From Acidimicrobiia bacterium (lineage in GTDB: Bacteria; Actinomycetota; Acidimicrobiia; Acidimicrobiales; CADCSY01), in contig JBFWQW010000004.1 in the NCBI GenBank assembly GCA_050249235.1, positions 3,248 through 67,247 of the forward strand: a stretch of DNA of 64,000 bases, read 5' to 3'. The translations under genes were made by a program, and so were the position numbers. Positions 37,901 to 46,555 of the stretch are shown here, piece by piece. The first letter of the stretch is position 1. Each line of letters begins with the position of its first letter. The notes beneath the pieces were generated by a model, which saw only the letters and a list, made by a program, of their open reading frames with translations, did no database searches and had not been told where the DNA came from.

Positions 37901-38497
37901 GCCTACCGCCGGGGGGAGGCCGGCGTCGCCGCCCCCGACCAGGTCCGCCGCCGGTTCGCCGCCATCGACGTGGCGGTGAAGAACCAGGACAACCGCGAGC
38001 ACGACATCTTCGACAGCGACGACTACTTCCAGGACCACGGCGGGATGGTGGCGGCGGTCACCGAGCTGACCGGGCGGCCGACCCGCGCCTGGTTCGGGGA
38101 CAGCGCCGACCCGTCCCGCCCCCAGGTCCGCTCGCTCGCCGAGGAGGCGGCCCGGGTGGTGCGCACGCGCGTCCTCAACCCCAAGTGGATCGACTCGATG
38201 CGCAACCACGGCTACAAGGGCGCCTTCGAGATCGCCGCCACCGTCGACTACCTGTTCGGCTACGACGCCACCGCCGGCGTCGTCGAGGACTGGATGTACG
38301 AGCGGGTGACGCGGGCCTACGTGTCCGACCCCGCGATGCGCGCCTTCTACGAGGCGTCGAACCCCTGGGCCCTGCGCAGCATCTGCGAGCGGCTCCTCGA
38401 GGCCGCCGAGCGGGCGATGTGGGACGCCAGCGACGGGGCCGTGGCCGCGCTGCGGGACGGCATCCTGGCCGCCGAGGGCATGGAGGAGCGACGGTGA
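34961..38497 (+). CDS. cobN: cobaltochelatase subunit CobN
   Basis: 1178 aa; the GTG start overlaps the upstream stop (GTGA). HLGKHGTLEWLPGK, VNDPGEGTQAKRR, PTGRNFYS and DNREHDIFDSDDYFQ are conserved CobN/BchH-family motifs. Confidence 0.95.
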   Translation: MILFVANNDLELLALRAAAESLPDGFPAVRAHGGVTLDPTGEPPDLDGVRIVLVRLHKGRSAWPEPFDLLRERCQREGIPLLAFGGEASVDAELTARSTVPPGIVTEAFAYLTRGGPVNLANLLRFVADTLLLEGFGFDPPAEVPQVGLLGHRPVDPGRPTVAVVTYRANVLAGNTLAIEQLCDAIEARGANARAVYCYSLRPEAEGVAPAALELLRGADVVVTTTWAAGGAVQAGDAVAATVGEGWASPLDALGVPVLQAVAATGPSTAWAASPGGLAPLDVALSVAIPEFDGRIIGPAFAFKEVVDDGEDLGVAVSAHRAVPDRCERVAGIAVRLARLRHIPPADKRVAIVLSAYPTKRSRIGNAVGLDTPVSLLAVVDGLRAAGYRVDDLGDDADAVMGRLADGLTYDRPSLSVAEQAMAVGRLHVGDYAAWFATLPAGLRDRVIAAWGPAPGKVCVHDDHLVFAGIDAGGALVAVQPPRGYGEDPIAVYHTPELPPPHHYLAFYRWLDAGWGADAVVHLGKHGTLEWLPGKGVGLSGGCVPDAAIGDLPVLYPFVVNDPGEGTQAKRRTHAVVVDHLPPPMTRAETYDDLARVERLLDEYARIEALDPAKLPAIQGQLWDLLVTSDLTQDLGVGEMPDPDDFAGMVGHIDGYLCSLKDAQIRGGLHVLGSAPDGDALLDTVLSITRQPQGAVPSLRATVAAELGVDLERAGTAAVDRVEAACRERIAALAATGWDPGRAGADPTMGWIATTLVPNLRRTPDELGNLLGGLAGRHVPAGPSGAPTRGGAHVLPTGRNFYSVDPKAIPSALAWDVGRALADRLLDRHLAETGAYPRTVGLVVWGTANMRTQGDDIAEVLALLGVRPRWNADSGRVEGLEVIPLAELGRPRVDVTVRISGFFRDAFPDVVDLLDDAVQLVGALDEPDGDNPVRAAGTADARVFGPSPGAYGSGIYQAIEGRAWRTRADLAEVYLAWSGYAYRRGEAGVAAPDQVRRRFAAIDVAVKNQDNREHDIFDSDDYFQDHGGMVAAVTELTGRPTRAWFGDSADPSRPQVRSLAEEAARVVRTRVLNPKWIDSMRNHGYKGAFEIAATVDYLFGYDATAGVVEDWMYERVTRAYVSDPAMRAFYEASNPWALRSICERLLEAAERAMWDASDGAVAALRDGILAAEGMEERR

Positions 38498-40374
38498 GCC
38501 CCGGCTTCCCGTTCAGCGCCGTGGTCGCCGGCGACGACGCCAAGCTGGCGCTCGTCCTCGCCGCCGTCGACCCGGCCATCGGCGGGGTGCTGCTGCGGGG
38601 CGAGAAGGGGTCGGCGAAGTCGACGCTGGCGAGGGGGCTCGCCGAGCTGCTGCCCGGTGCCGCGCCCTTCACCGAGCTGCCACTCGGCGCCAGCGAGGAG
38701 CGGGTGGTCGGCTCCATCGACCTGGCCGCCGCCCTCCGAGACGCCGAGGTGCGCTTCCAGCCCGGCCTGCTCGCCGCCGCCCACGGCGGGGTGCTCTACG
38801 TCGACGAGGTGAACCTGCTCGCCGACCACCTCGTCGACGTGCTGCTCGACGTGGCCGTCACCGGGCACAACCGGGTCGAGCGCGACAACGTCTCGCACGA
38901 GCACGCCGCCCGCTTCGTGCTGATCGGGTCGATGAACCCGGAGGAGGGCGACCTCCGGCCCCAGCTCCTCGACCGGTTCGGCCTCGCCGTCGACGTCCGG
39001 GCCCCCGCGCCCGTCGAGGACCGGGTCGAGGTCGTCCGCCGACGGCTGGCCTTCGACGCCGATCCGGCCGCCTTCGCCGAGCGCTGGGCCGGCGCGCAGC
39101 GGGCGCTCGCCGAGCGGCTGGCCGCGGCCCGGCCGGCCTCCGTCGACGACGCCGTGCTGGGCGCGGCCAGCGAGCTCGCGGTCGAGGCCGGGGCCGAGGG
39201 GATGCGGGCCGACCTGGTGCTGACCCGGGCCGCCGCCGCCCACGCCGGCTGGGCGGGCAGGGCGGCGGCCACGCTCGACGATCTGCGGGCCGTCGCCGCC
39301 ATGGTGCTCGTCCACCGGGCCCGGCGGCACCCGCTCGAGCCGCCGGGAACGCCCCCCGACCTCGACGCCGCCGTCGACCGTGTCCTCGGGCCGGAGGGCG
39401 GGTCCGATCCGCCGGCCGGCGGTGCCGGTGCCAGTGCCGGTGGTGGTGACGGTGACGGTGACGGTGACCGGGAAGGCGACGACCGCGGGGCCGGCGACGA
39501 GGGCGGGGATGGCGACGGCAGCGGGGAAGGCGACGGGCGTGGCGCCGGCGGCGCCCGGGTGGCGCCGGCCGGTCCCCCGACCGCGGTCGCCCGGCTGGAG
39601 GCGCCCCGCGCCACCCAGTCCGGCGGGGGCGGGCGGCGGTCCACGGTGATCGGCGACCGGGGCCGGGCGATCGGCCACCGCGCCCCGTCCGGCCCGGTGG
39701 CCTCGGTCGCGGCGGTGCCGACGCTCGCGGCCGCCGCCGCCCGCCGCGCCCTCGACCCCGGCGCGGCCGGACGGATAGCGGCAGGTGGGATCGCGGCAGG
39801 CGACCTGCGCGAGGCGGTACGCGAAGCCCGGACCGGCAACCTCCTCGTGCTCGCCGTGGACGCCTCGGGGTCGATGGGAGCCGATGCCCGCATGGCGGCG
39901 GTGAAGGGCGCGCTCTGCGGGCTCCTCGTCGACGCCTACCAGCGGCGTGACCGCGTCGCCCTCGTCACCTTCGCCGGCGATGCCGCCGAGGTGGCCCTCC
40001 GGCCCACGGGGAGCGTCGAGGTGGCGAGGACCCGGCTCGAGTCGCTCCCAACCGGTGGCGCCACCCCGCTGGCCGAGGGCATCCGGCTGGCGGCCGACGT
40101 CGCCGCCCGGGCCACCACGGCCACGTTGCGGCCGTTGCTCGTGCTCGTCACCGACGGGCGGGCCACGTCCGGCGCCGACCCCGTCGCCGACGCCATGGCC
40201 GCCGCCGCCACGGTGGCCCGCCGCGGGCTGCCCAGCGTGGTGATCGACGTCGAGGCCCCCGGTCCGGGCGGGCTCGGCCTGGCCGTGTCGCTGGCCCGGG
40301 CCATGGGCGCCCGGCACCTCCGGCTGCCCGATCTCACGGCCGGCCGCCTCGAAGCCACCCTGCGGACCCTCTGA
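38494..40374 (+). CDS. ChlI/ChlD-type chelatase fusion (AAA+ ATPase, acidic linker, vWA domain); probable CobN partner
   Basis: N-terminal GEKGSAKST (Walker A), LYVDEVNLL (Walker B) and IGSMNPEEGDLRPQLLDRF form the AAA+ part. A Gly/Asp-rich linker follows. The C-terminal VLAVDASGSM...TGGATPL...VTDGRA is a vWA MIDAS motif. The GTGA overlap is with cobN. Confidence 0.85.
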   Translation: MSPGFPFSAVVAGDDAKLALVLAAVDPAIGGVLLRGEKGSAKSTLARGLAELLPGAAPFTELPLGASEERVVGSIDLAAALRDAEVRFQPGLLAAAHGGVLYVDEVNLLADHLVDVLLDVAVTGHNRVERDNVSHEHAARFVLIGSMNPEEGDLRPQLLDRFGLAVDVRAPAPVEDRVEVVRRRLAFDADPAAFAERWAGAQRALAERLAAARPASVDDAVLGAASELAVEAGAEGMRADLVLTRAAAAHAGWAGRAAATLDDLRAVAAMVLVHRARRHPLEPPGTPPDLDAAVDRVLGPEGGSDPPAGGAGASAGGGDGDGDGDREGDDRGAGDEGGDGDGSGEGDGRGAGGARVAPAGPPTAVARLEAPRATQSGGGGRRSTVIGDRGRAIGHRAPSGPVASVAAVPTLAAAAARRALDPGAAGRIAAGGIAAGDLREAVREARTGNLLVLAVDASGSMGADARMAAVKGALCGLLVDAYQRRDRVALVTFAGDAAEVALRPTGSVEVARTRLESLPTGGATPLAEGIRLAADVAARATTATLRPLLVLVTDGRATSGADPVADAMAAAATVARRGLPSVVIDVEAPGPGGLGLAVSLARAMGARHLRLPDLTAGRLEATLRTL

Positions 40375-40466
40375 CCGCCGCCGAACCCAGCCCCGACCCC
40401 GGCCCCGACCGAGCCGAACCCACCCGAACCCACCCGAACCCAGCCGAAGCCGACCCACGAACCAGG
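40375..40466 (+). repeat. 92-nt T-free, C-rich tract with 10-bp repeats (CCGAACCCAC)
   Basis: Hand count over 92 nt: C 50, A 22, G 20, T 0. Repeat copies are at 40381-40390, 40414-40423, 40424-40433 and 40434-40443, with a degenerate one at 40444-40453. It lies between the chelatase stop and the next start. Confidence 0.9.
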
Positions 40467-41428
40467 TGATGCGCATGCGATCCCCCCGACGACCGTTGAC
40501 GATGCTCCTGCTGGGGGCGATCGTCCTCGCCGCCTGCGGTGGCGACGACGGCGGTGGCGACGACGACGGTGGCGGCGCCGCGCCGGAAGCTCGGGAGGCG
40601 GCCGACTTCCCCGTGTCGGTGCGGGCCGACCAGGGCGAGGTGGCGATCGAGGCCCGCCCCGAGCGCGTCGTGTCGCTGTCACCGTCGCTCACGGAGATGC
40701 TCTACGCCGTCGGCGCCGGGGACCAGGTGGTGGCGGTCGACCGCAACTCGGACTTCCCCGACGGCGTCCCGGTCACCGACCTGAGCGGCCTGCGTCCCAA
40801 CGTCGAGGCCATGGGTGGCTACCGACCCGACCTGGTCGTCCTCGCCAACGACCGCGACGGGATCGTGGGCGCGCTCACCGCCCTCGGGGTGCCGACCCTC
40901 CTGCTCGGCAGCCCCGCCCACCTCGACGACGTCTACGACCAGCTGGCGTCGATCGGGGCCGCCACCGGTCATGCCGCCGAGGCGGACGAGGTCGTCGACG
41001 AGATCCGTGACGAGCTCGACGAGCTCGCCGGGGCGCTCCCGAAGCGGTCCAGGCCGCTCCGCTACTTCTTCGAGGTGAGCGACACGTACCACTCGGTCAC
41101 CTCCCAGACCTTCACCGGCGAGCTGCTGCGGCTGGCCGGGCTGGCCAGCATCGCCGACGCCGCCGGCGGGGCGGCCGGTGGCTACCCGCAGCTGTCCGCC
41201 GAGTTCGTCCTCGACGCCGACCCGGACCTGATCTTCCTGGCCCACGCCGGCGGCGCCAACCCGACGAGCGACCAGGTCGCGGCCCGAGCCGGCTGGAACC
41301 GCCTGGCCGCCGTCTCCAACGGACGGGTCGTGGCCCTCGAGCCCGACCTGGCCTCGAGATGGGGGCCCCGGATCGTCGACCTCCTGCGGGCCGTCGTCCA
41401 GGCCGTCGAGGCGTTGCCGGGCGCATGA
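40466..41428 (+). CDS. ABC transporter substrate-binding lipoprotein (BtuF/FecB class, cobalamin or Fe-chelate)
   Basis: Lipobox LGAIVLAACGG. RVVSLSPSLTEMLYAVGAGDQVVAV, PDLVVL and RWGPRIVD fit periplasmic binding protein family 2. Candidate starts are GTG 40466, ATG 40469 and ATG 40475. Confidence 0.85.
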   Translation: MMRMRSPRRPLTMLLLGAIVLAACGGDDGGGDDDGGGAAPEAREAADFPVSVRADQGEVAIEARPERVVSLSPSLTEMLYAVGAGDQVVAVDRNSDFPDGVPVTDLSGLRPNVEAMGGYRPDLVVLANDRDGIVGALTALGVPTLLLGSPAHLDDVYDQLASIGAATGHAAEADEVVDEIRDELDELAGALPKRSRPLRYFFEVSDTYHSVTSQTFTGELLRLAGLASIADAAGGAAGGYPQLSAEFVLDADPDLIFLAHAGGANPTSDQVAARAGWNRLAAVSNGRVVALEPDLASRWGPRIVDLLRAVVQAVEALPGA

Positions 41429-42519
41429 CGACCCTGCCGGTGCCGGAGTCCGGGTCGCCGGTGGCCGCGCTCGACGGTCGCCGGCACCCGGCCCGGCTCC
41501 CGGTGCGGTGGCTGGCGCTGAGCGGGCTCGGCGCGCTCGCGGCCGCCCTGGTGGCGGTGGCCCTCGGCCCGGTCGGGCTGCCGATCGGGCGGGTGGCGGT
41601 CGAGCTCGTCGACCGCCTCCCCTTCGTCGACGTGGAGTCGGGGCTCTCCCCGATCCAGGCCGCCATCGTCACCGAGATCCGGCTCCCCCGGGTGGTGCTG
41701 GCCCTGCTCGTGGGCGCGGTGCTGGCCACGTCCGGCGGCGCCTACCAGGGGGTGTTCCGCAACCCCCTCGCCGATCCGTACCTGCTCGGTGTCGCCTCCG
41801 GCGCCGGGCTCGGCGCCACCGTGGCCATCGTGGGCGCCGGAGCCAGCCTCACCGGGCCGGTCGGGGCGGTGCCGGCCGCAGCCTTCCTGGGCGCCCTGCT
41901 CGCCGTCGGCGCCGCCTACGCCCTCGGCCGCAGCGGCGAGCGCACCCGCTCGGGCGCGTCGCTCATCCTCGCCGGGGTGGCCGTGGCCGCCCTGTTCACC
42001 GCGCTGCAGACCTTCCTCCTCCAGCAGGACGACGAAGCCATCCGCGACGTGTACGCCTGGCTGCTCGGCCGGTTCAACGCCGCCGACTGGGACGACGTCG
42101 CGCTCGTCGCGCCCTACGTGGCGGTGAGCCTCGCCGTCCTCGTCGCCGCCGCCCGCCACCTCGACGTGCTGAGCGTCGGCGACACGGAGGCCGACGCCCT
42201 CGGCCTGCGCCCGGCCCGGGTGCGCCTCGCCGTCGTCGTCGCGGCGTCGCTCGGCACCGCCGCCGCCGTCGCCGTCAGCGGCCTGGTCGGGTTCGTCGGG
42301 ATCATCGTCCCCCACGCCATCCGGCTCCGGGCCGGTGCCAGCTACCGGCGCATCCTCCCGCTGGCGGCCGTGCTCGGCGGCGCCTTCCTCTGCCTCGCCG
42401 ACCTGGTGGCCCGGACCGTGCTGGCCCCGGCCGAGGTCCCGATCGGCGTGATCACCGCCATCGTCGGCGCCCCCTTCTTCCTCGTCGTCCTGCGCACGAG
42501 CCGGACGATCGGGCCGTGA
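41425..42519 (+). CDS. FecCD-family ABC permease (BtuC-like)
   Basis: [41 protein letters not shown]-type motif with about 9 TM segments. The ATG overlaps the upstream stop (ATGA). Confidence 0.9.
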   Translation: [364 protein letters not shown]

Positions 42520-43355
42520 GGCCCGCCGTCTACGCCGTGGGGGTCACGGTCTCCGCCGGCGGCCGCCGCATCGTCGACGACGTCGACCTCACCGTCGGCT
42601 CCGGCGACTGGTTCACCGTCGTCGGGCCGAACGGGGCGGGCAAGACCACCCTGCTGCGGGCGCTCCTCGGGCTCGTCCCGTCGACGGGTCGCATCGAGCT
42701 CACCGGCACCCCGCTCTCGAAGCTGTCCCGCCGGGAGCGATCGCGCCTCGTGGCCTTCGTGCCGCAGAGCCCGACCATCCCGGCGGGGATGACCGTCCTC
42801 CACTACGTCCTGCTCGGCCGCACCGCCCACCTCGGGCCCCTCGCCGGCGAGACCGCCGACGACCTCGACGCCGCCCACCTGGCGCTGGCCCAGCTCGAGC
42901 TGGTCGCCTTCGCCGACCGGTCGCTCGACACGCTCTCCGGGGGCGAGCTCCAGCGGACCGTCCTGGCCCGGGCCCTCGCCCAGCGGGCGCCGCTGCTCTT
43001 CCTGGACGAGCCGACGAGCGCGCTCGACATCGGCCGGCAGCAGGGGCTGCTCGACCTCGTCGACCGGCTCCGGCACGATCTCGGCCTCACCGTGGTGTCG
43101 ACGATGCACGACCTGACCCTCACCGCCCAGTACGCCGACCACGTCGTGCTGCTCGACCGCGGGAAGGTGGTCATCTCCGGGACGCCCGTGCAGGTGTTCA
43201 CCGGCCCCCAGCTCAGCGACCACTACGCCGGCGCCCGCGTCGACGTCATCCGCCACAAGGGGAGCCTCGCCGTCATCCCGTGGCGCCAGACCGAACCGAC
43301 CGCACAGACCGAACCGACCGGACCGACCGGACCGACCGCCGAGGAGCGCCCATGA
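42516..43355 (+). CDS. ABC transporter ATP-binding protein (BtuD/FecE-like)
   Basis: Walker A GPNGAGKTT, signature LSGGELQR, Walker B LLFLDEPTSALD and H-loop STMHDL are present. The GTGA overlap is upstream. The C-terminal tail contains the in-frame repeat QTEPTA/QTEPTG/PTG/PT. Confidence 0.9.
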   Translation: MRPAVYAVGVTVSAGGRRIVDDVDLTVGSGDWFTVVGPNGAGKTTLLRALLGLVPSTGRIELTGTPLSKLSRRERSRLVAFVPQSPTIPAGMTVLHYVLLGRTAHLGPLAGETADDLDAAHLALAQLELVAFADRSLDTLSGGELQRTVLARALAQRAPLLFLDEPTSALDIGRQQGLLDLVDRLRHDLGLTVVSTMHDLTLTAQYADHVVLLDRGKVVISGTPVQVFTGPQLSDHYAGARVDVIRHKGSLAVIPWRQTEPTAQTEPTGPTGPTAEERP

Positions 43356-43930
43356 GCACCGAGAACCCGACCGAGATCCCCACCGACGACCCCCGCCCCA
43401 AGGACCTCCGCCGGGCTCCGTCGCTGGTGCTCGTGAACACCGGCAACGGCAAGGGCAAGACGTCGGCCGCCATCGGTGTCGCCATCCGGGGTCACGCCCG
43501 AGGCTGGCCGGTCGGCGTGGTCCAGTTCCTGAAGTCGGGCACATGGCACACGGGCGAGGAGAAGGTCTGCCGTGAGCTCGGCATCGACTGGTGGGCGATC
43601 GGCGAGGGCTTCACGTGGGACTCCGAGGACCTGACCGAGGACCAGGCGGTGGCCCAGCGGGCCTGGGCCCACGCCCGCCGGCTCGTCGAGGCCGGCGACC
43701 ACCAGCTCGTGATCCTCGACGAGGTCACCTACCCGCTCAACTGGGGCTGGATCGACCGCGACGAGCTGCTGGCCACCATCCGCGACCGGCCCCCGCACGT
43801 GAACATCGTGTGCACGGGGCGGAACGCGCCGGCCGAGCTCGTCGAGATCGCCGACACGGTCACCGAGATGAACGTGGTGAAGCACGCGTACAAGCAGGGC
43901 ATCCGGGCCAAGAAGGGCATCGACTACTGA
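43352..43930 (+). CDS. cobO: cob(I)yrinic acid a,c-diamide adenosyltransferase
   Basis: TGNGKGKTSAAIG, VGVVQFLKG-like, ILDEVTY and EMNVVKHAYKQGIRAKKGIDY are CobO/BtuR signatures. The ATGA overlap is upstream. Confidence 0.92.
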   Translation: MSTENPTEIPTDDPRPKDLRRAPSLVLVNTGNGKGKTSAAIGVAIRGHARGWPVGVVQFLKSGTWHTGEEKVCRELGIDWWAIGEGFTWDSEDLTEDQAVAQRAWAHARRLVEAGDHQLVILDEVTYPLNWGWIDRDELLATIRDRPPHVNIVCTGRNAPAELVEIADTVTEMNVVKHAYKQGIRAKKGIDY

Positions 43931-43931
43931 C

Positions 43932-45272
43932 ATGGGTCACCTCGGCCCCCGGCTGGTCGTGGCCGGCACCGCGTCCGGCGTCGGCAAGACCACCGTCGCC
44001 ACCGGGCTCATGGTCGCGCTCCGGCGGCGGGGGATGGCGGTGGCGAACGCCAAGGTCGGCCCCGACTTCATCGACCCCGGCTACCACGCCCTCGCCACGG
44101 GTCGGCCGCCCCGCAACCTCGACGCCTGGATCTGCGGCGAGGGCGCCGTCGGCCCGCTGGCCGGGCGGGCCGGGGCCGGGGCCGACGTGCTCGTCGTGGA
44201 GGGCGTCATGGGGCTGTTCGACGGGGCCGCCATCGAGGGCCCGCCGGCGACGACCGCCTCGATCGCCGCCCGGCTGGCGGCGCCGGTCCTGCTGGTGGTC
44301 GACGCGGCGGCGATGAGCGGGTCGGTCGCCGCCCTCGTCCACGGGTTCGCCTCCTACCGGCCCGACGTGCGGGTGGCCGGGGTGGTGCTCAACCGGGTCG
44401 GCAGCGACAGCCACGAGCAGCAGCTCCGGGCGGCGCTCGAGCCGCTCGGCATCCCGGTCGTCGGCGCGCTGCGCCGCGACGACGCCCTCACCTGGCGCGA
44501 CCGCCATCTCGGGCTCGTGCCCGTGATCGAGCAGGCCGCCGAGGTGCGCCGGTCGCTCGACCGGCTCGCCGCGCGGGTGGCGGCCGGGATCGACCTCGAC
44601 GCCGTGGTGCGGATCGCCGCCAGCGCGCCGGGGCTCGGCGTGGACGAGCCGGCGAGGCCGGCGGTGGGCGGCGCCGCCCGTGTGGCCGTGGCCGCCGGCG
44701 CCGGCTTCGACTTCGTGTACCGCGACAACCTCGAAGCGCTCGAGCAGGCCGGGGCCGAGCTGCTGCCGTTCGACCCGATCGAGGACGGCCGACTGCCGGC
44801 CGGGAGCCAGGCCCTGTACGCGGGGGGCGGGTTCCCTGAGGTGTTCGCGCCGGCGCTGGCGGCCAACGGGGCGCTCCTCGACGACCTACGGTCGCGCCGC
44901 CTGCCGACGTGGGCGGAGTGCGGTGGGATGCTCTGGCTGTGCCGCTCGCTCGACGGCCACCCGATGGCCGGCGTGGTCGAGGCCGAGGCCCGGATGACGT
45001 CGACGCTGACCCTCGGCTACCGGCGGGCCGTGAGCGGCGTGGACCACCCGCTGGCGCCGGCCGGCACCGAGCTGCGGGGCCACGAGTTCCACTATTCGGC
45101 GGTCGAGCCGACCGGCGCCGCCCTCGAGCTGACGGGGCGGGCCGGCCGGGCCGCCGGCGGCTTCGCCTCGCCCTCGTTGCTGGCCTCCTACCTCCACCTC
45201 CACCTCGGCGGCGACCCCTCCCCGGCCACCCGCTTCGTCGCCACCGCCGCCGCGGCCGTCGGGGCCGGCTGA
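43932..45272 (+). CDS. cobB: cobyrinate a,c-diamide synthase
   Basis: GTASGVGKTTVATGL, KVGPDFIDPGYH, VVEGVMGLFDG and the C-terminal GATase ECGGMLWL...GHEFHYS are CobB/CbiA signatures. The start is 1 nt after the cobO stop. Confidence 0.9.
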   Translation: MGHLGPRLVVAGTASGVGKTTVATGLMVALRRRGMAVANAKVGPDFIDPGYHALATGRPPRNLDAWICGEGAVGPLAGRAGAGADVLVVEGVMGLFDGAAIEGPPATTASIAARLAAPVLLVVDAAAMSGSVAALVHGFASYRPDVRVAGVVLNRVGSDSHEQQLRAALEPLGIPVVGALRRDDALTWRDRHLGLVPVIEQAAEVRRSLDRLAARVAAGIDLDAVVRIAASAPGLGVDEPARPAVGGAARVAVAAGAGFDFVYRDNLEALEQAGAELLPFDPIEDGRLPAGSQALYAGGGFPEVFAPALAANGALLDDLRSRRLPTWAECGGMLWLCRSLDGHPMAGVVEAEARMTSTLTLGYRRAVSGVDHPLAPAGTELRGHEFHYSAVEPTGAALELTGRAGRAAGGFASPSLLASYLHLHLGGDPSPATRFVATAAAAVGAG

Positions 45273-45387
45273 ATCTCGCACCTCGCGAGAGCGGGGGAGA
45301 GAACGAGCGCGAGCGACACGGCGGGCGATGCGGGCGTACCGTGGAGGGCTCGGGCACCAAGGGGCGCTCGAGAGGGGGAACGCCACC

Positions 45388-46515
45388 ATGGCCGAACGGA
45401 TCATCTCCGCCGACTCGCACTTCGAGATCCCAGTCGAGAAGATCGTCGAGTACCTGCCCGAGAAGCACAAGAAGGAGTACACCGACTACCGCGAGGCCAA
45501 GCTCGCCGAGATGATGGCGTCGCTGGCCGGCGGGGGCTCGGCCATGACGCCGGCCCTGCGCAACAAGCCTGCCGGCGCGCCCGTCGTGGCGGCCGTGCCG
45601 AAGCTCACGGACCAGCTCTACCCGGCCGCCGGGCGACCGGGCGGCTCGGACCCGTACGAACGCCTCAAGGACATGGACATCGACAAGGTCGACGCCGAGG
45701 TCCTCTATCTCAACTTCGGCGACGTCGACGTCTTCTACGACCTCTCGGACGAAGCCTGCTCGGCCGGGTTCGAGGCCTTCACGTCGGCAGCGCTCGACGT
45801 GGCCGCGCCCGATCCCAACCGGCTCCTGCCCGTGTACCCGATGCTGCTGCACGACATCGACCTGGCCATCAAGGAGGTCCACCGCATCGCCAACCAGGGC
45901 GGCCGGGCCGTGATGGTGCCGGCCTACCCGACCGACTTCAACCTGGCGCCCTACCACGACGAGATCTACGACCCGCTGTGGTCGGCGCTGGAAGACCTCG
46001 AGATGCCGGTGAGCCAGCACGTGAACCTGAAGAAGTCGGGCCGGGAGATCAGCGACTGGGACCCGACACCCACGAAGGCGATCATGCAGTCGCTCCCGCC
46101 GATCTTCATGGCCGAGCTGCTCGGGAGCTGGGTGCTCACCGGCATCTTCGACAAGCACCCGAAGCTCAACGTGGTCCTCGTCGAGGCGGGGATCGGGTGG
46201 ATCCCCTACTACCTCATGCGCCTCGACAAGATGAAGGACCGCCACAACTGGGCGGCCCGGGGCTTCGAGCTGCCCAAGCTCCCGAGCGAGTACTGGCACT
46301 CGAACATGGCGGCCACGTTCGAGGAGGACAGCGTCGGCATGAAGCTCCTCGAGGAGCTCGGCGAGGACAACGTCATGTGGGCCACGGACTACCCGCACCC
46401 GGACTGCACCTGGCCCGTCTCCCAGGACGTGCTCGTCGAGCAGTTCGGTGGGCTCCCGGAGGCCACGAAGCGCAAGATCACCCACGGCAACGCGGCCCGG
46501 CTCTACCACCTCTGA
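45388..46515 (+). CDS. amidohydrolase-2 family (ACMSD-like) metal-dependent hydrolase
   Basis: IISADSHFEIP (N-terminal H-x-H-type metal site) and NVMWATDYPHPD (C-terminal D/H site) are present. The ATG at 45388 is preceded by GAGAGGGGGAA. Confidence 0.8.
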   Translation: MAERIISADSHFEIPVEKIVEYLPEKHKKEYTDYREAKLAEMMASLAGGGSAMTPALRNKPAGAPVVAAVPKLTDQLYPAAGRPGGSDPYERLKDMDIDKVDAEVLYLNFGDVDVFYDLSDEACSAGFEAFTSAALDVAAPDPNRLLPVYPMLLHDIDLAIKEVHRIANQGGRAVMVPAYPTDFNLAPYHDEIYDPLWSALEDLEMPVSQHVNLKKSGREISDWDPTPTKAIMQSLPPIFMAELLGSWVLTGIFDKHPKLNVVLVEAGIGWIPYYLMRLDKMKDRHNWAARGFELPKLPSEYWHSNMAATFEEDSVGMKLLEELGEDNVMWATDYPHPDCTWPVSQDVLVEQFGGLPEATKRKITHGNAARLYHL

Positions 46516-46555
46516 CGGCGGACGCCCCGGCGTCCGACGGCCACGTTCGCTCACC

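Noticed and set aside
34469-38209. 1246-aa ORF on the minus strand, plus the 997-aa plus-strand ORF at 34531-37524
   Set aside because: They are antisense to or out of frame with the clearly recognisable cobN gene. The translations are Arg/Gly/Pro-rich low complexity, as expected for open non-coding frames in very high-G+C DNA.
38347-40692. 781-aa minus-strand ORF
   Set aside because: It is antisense to the ChlI/ChlD chelatase gene and has a low-complexity translation.
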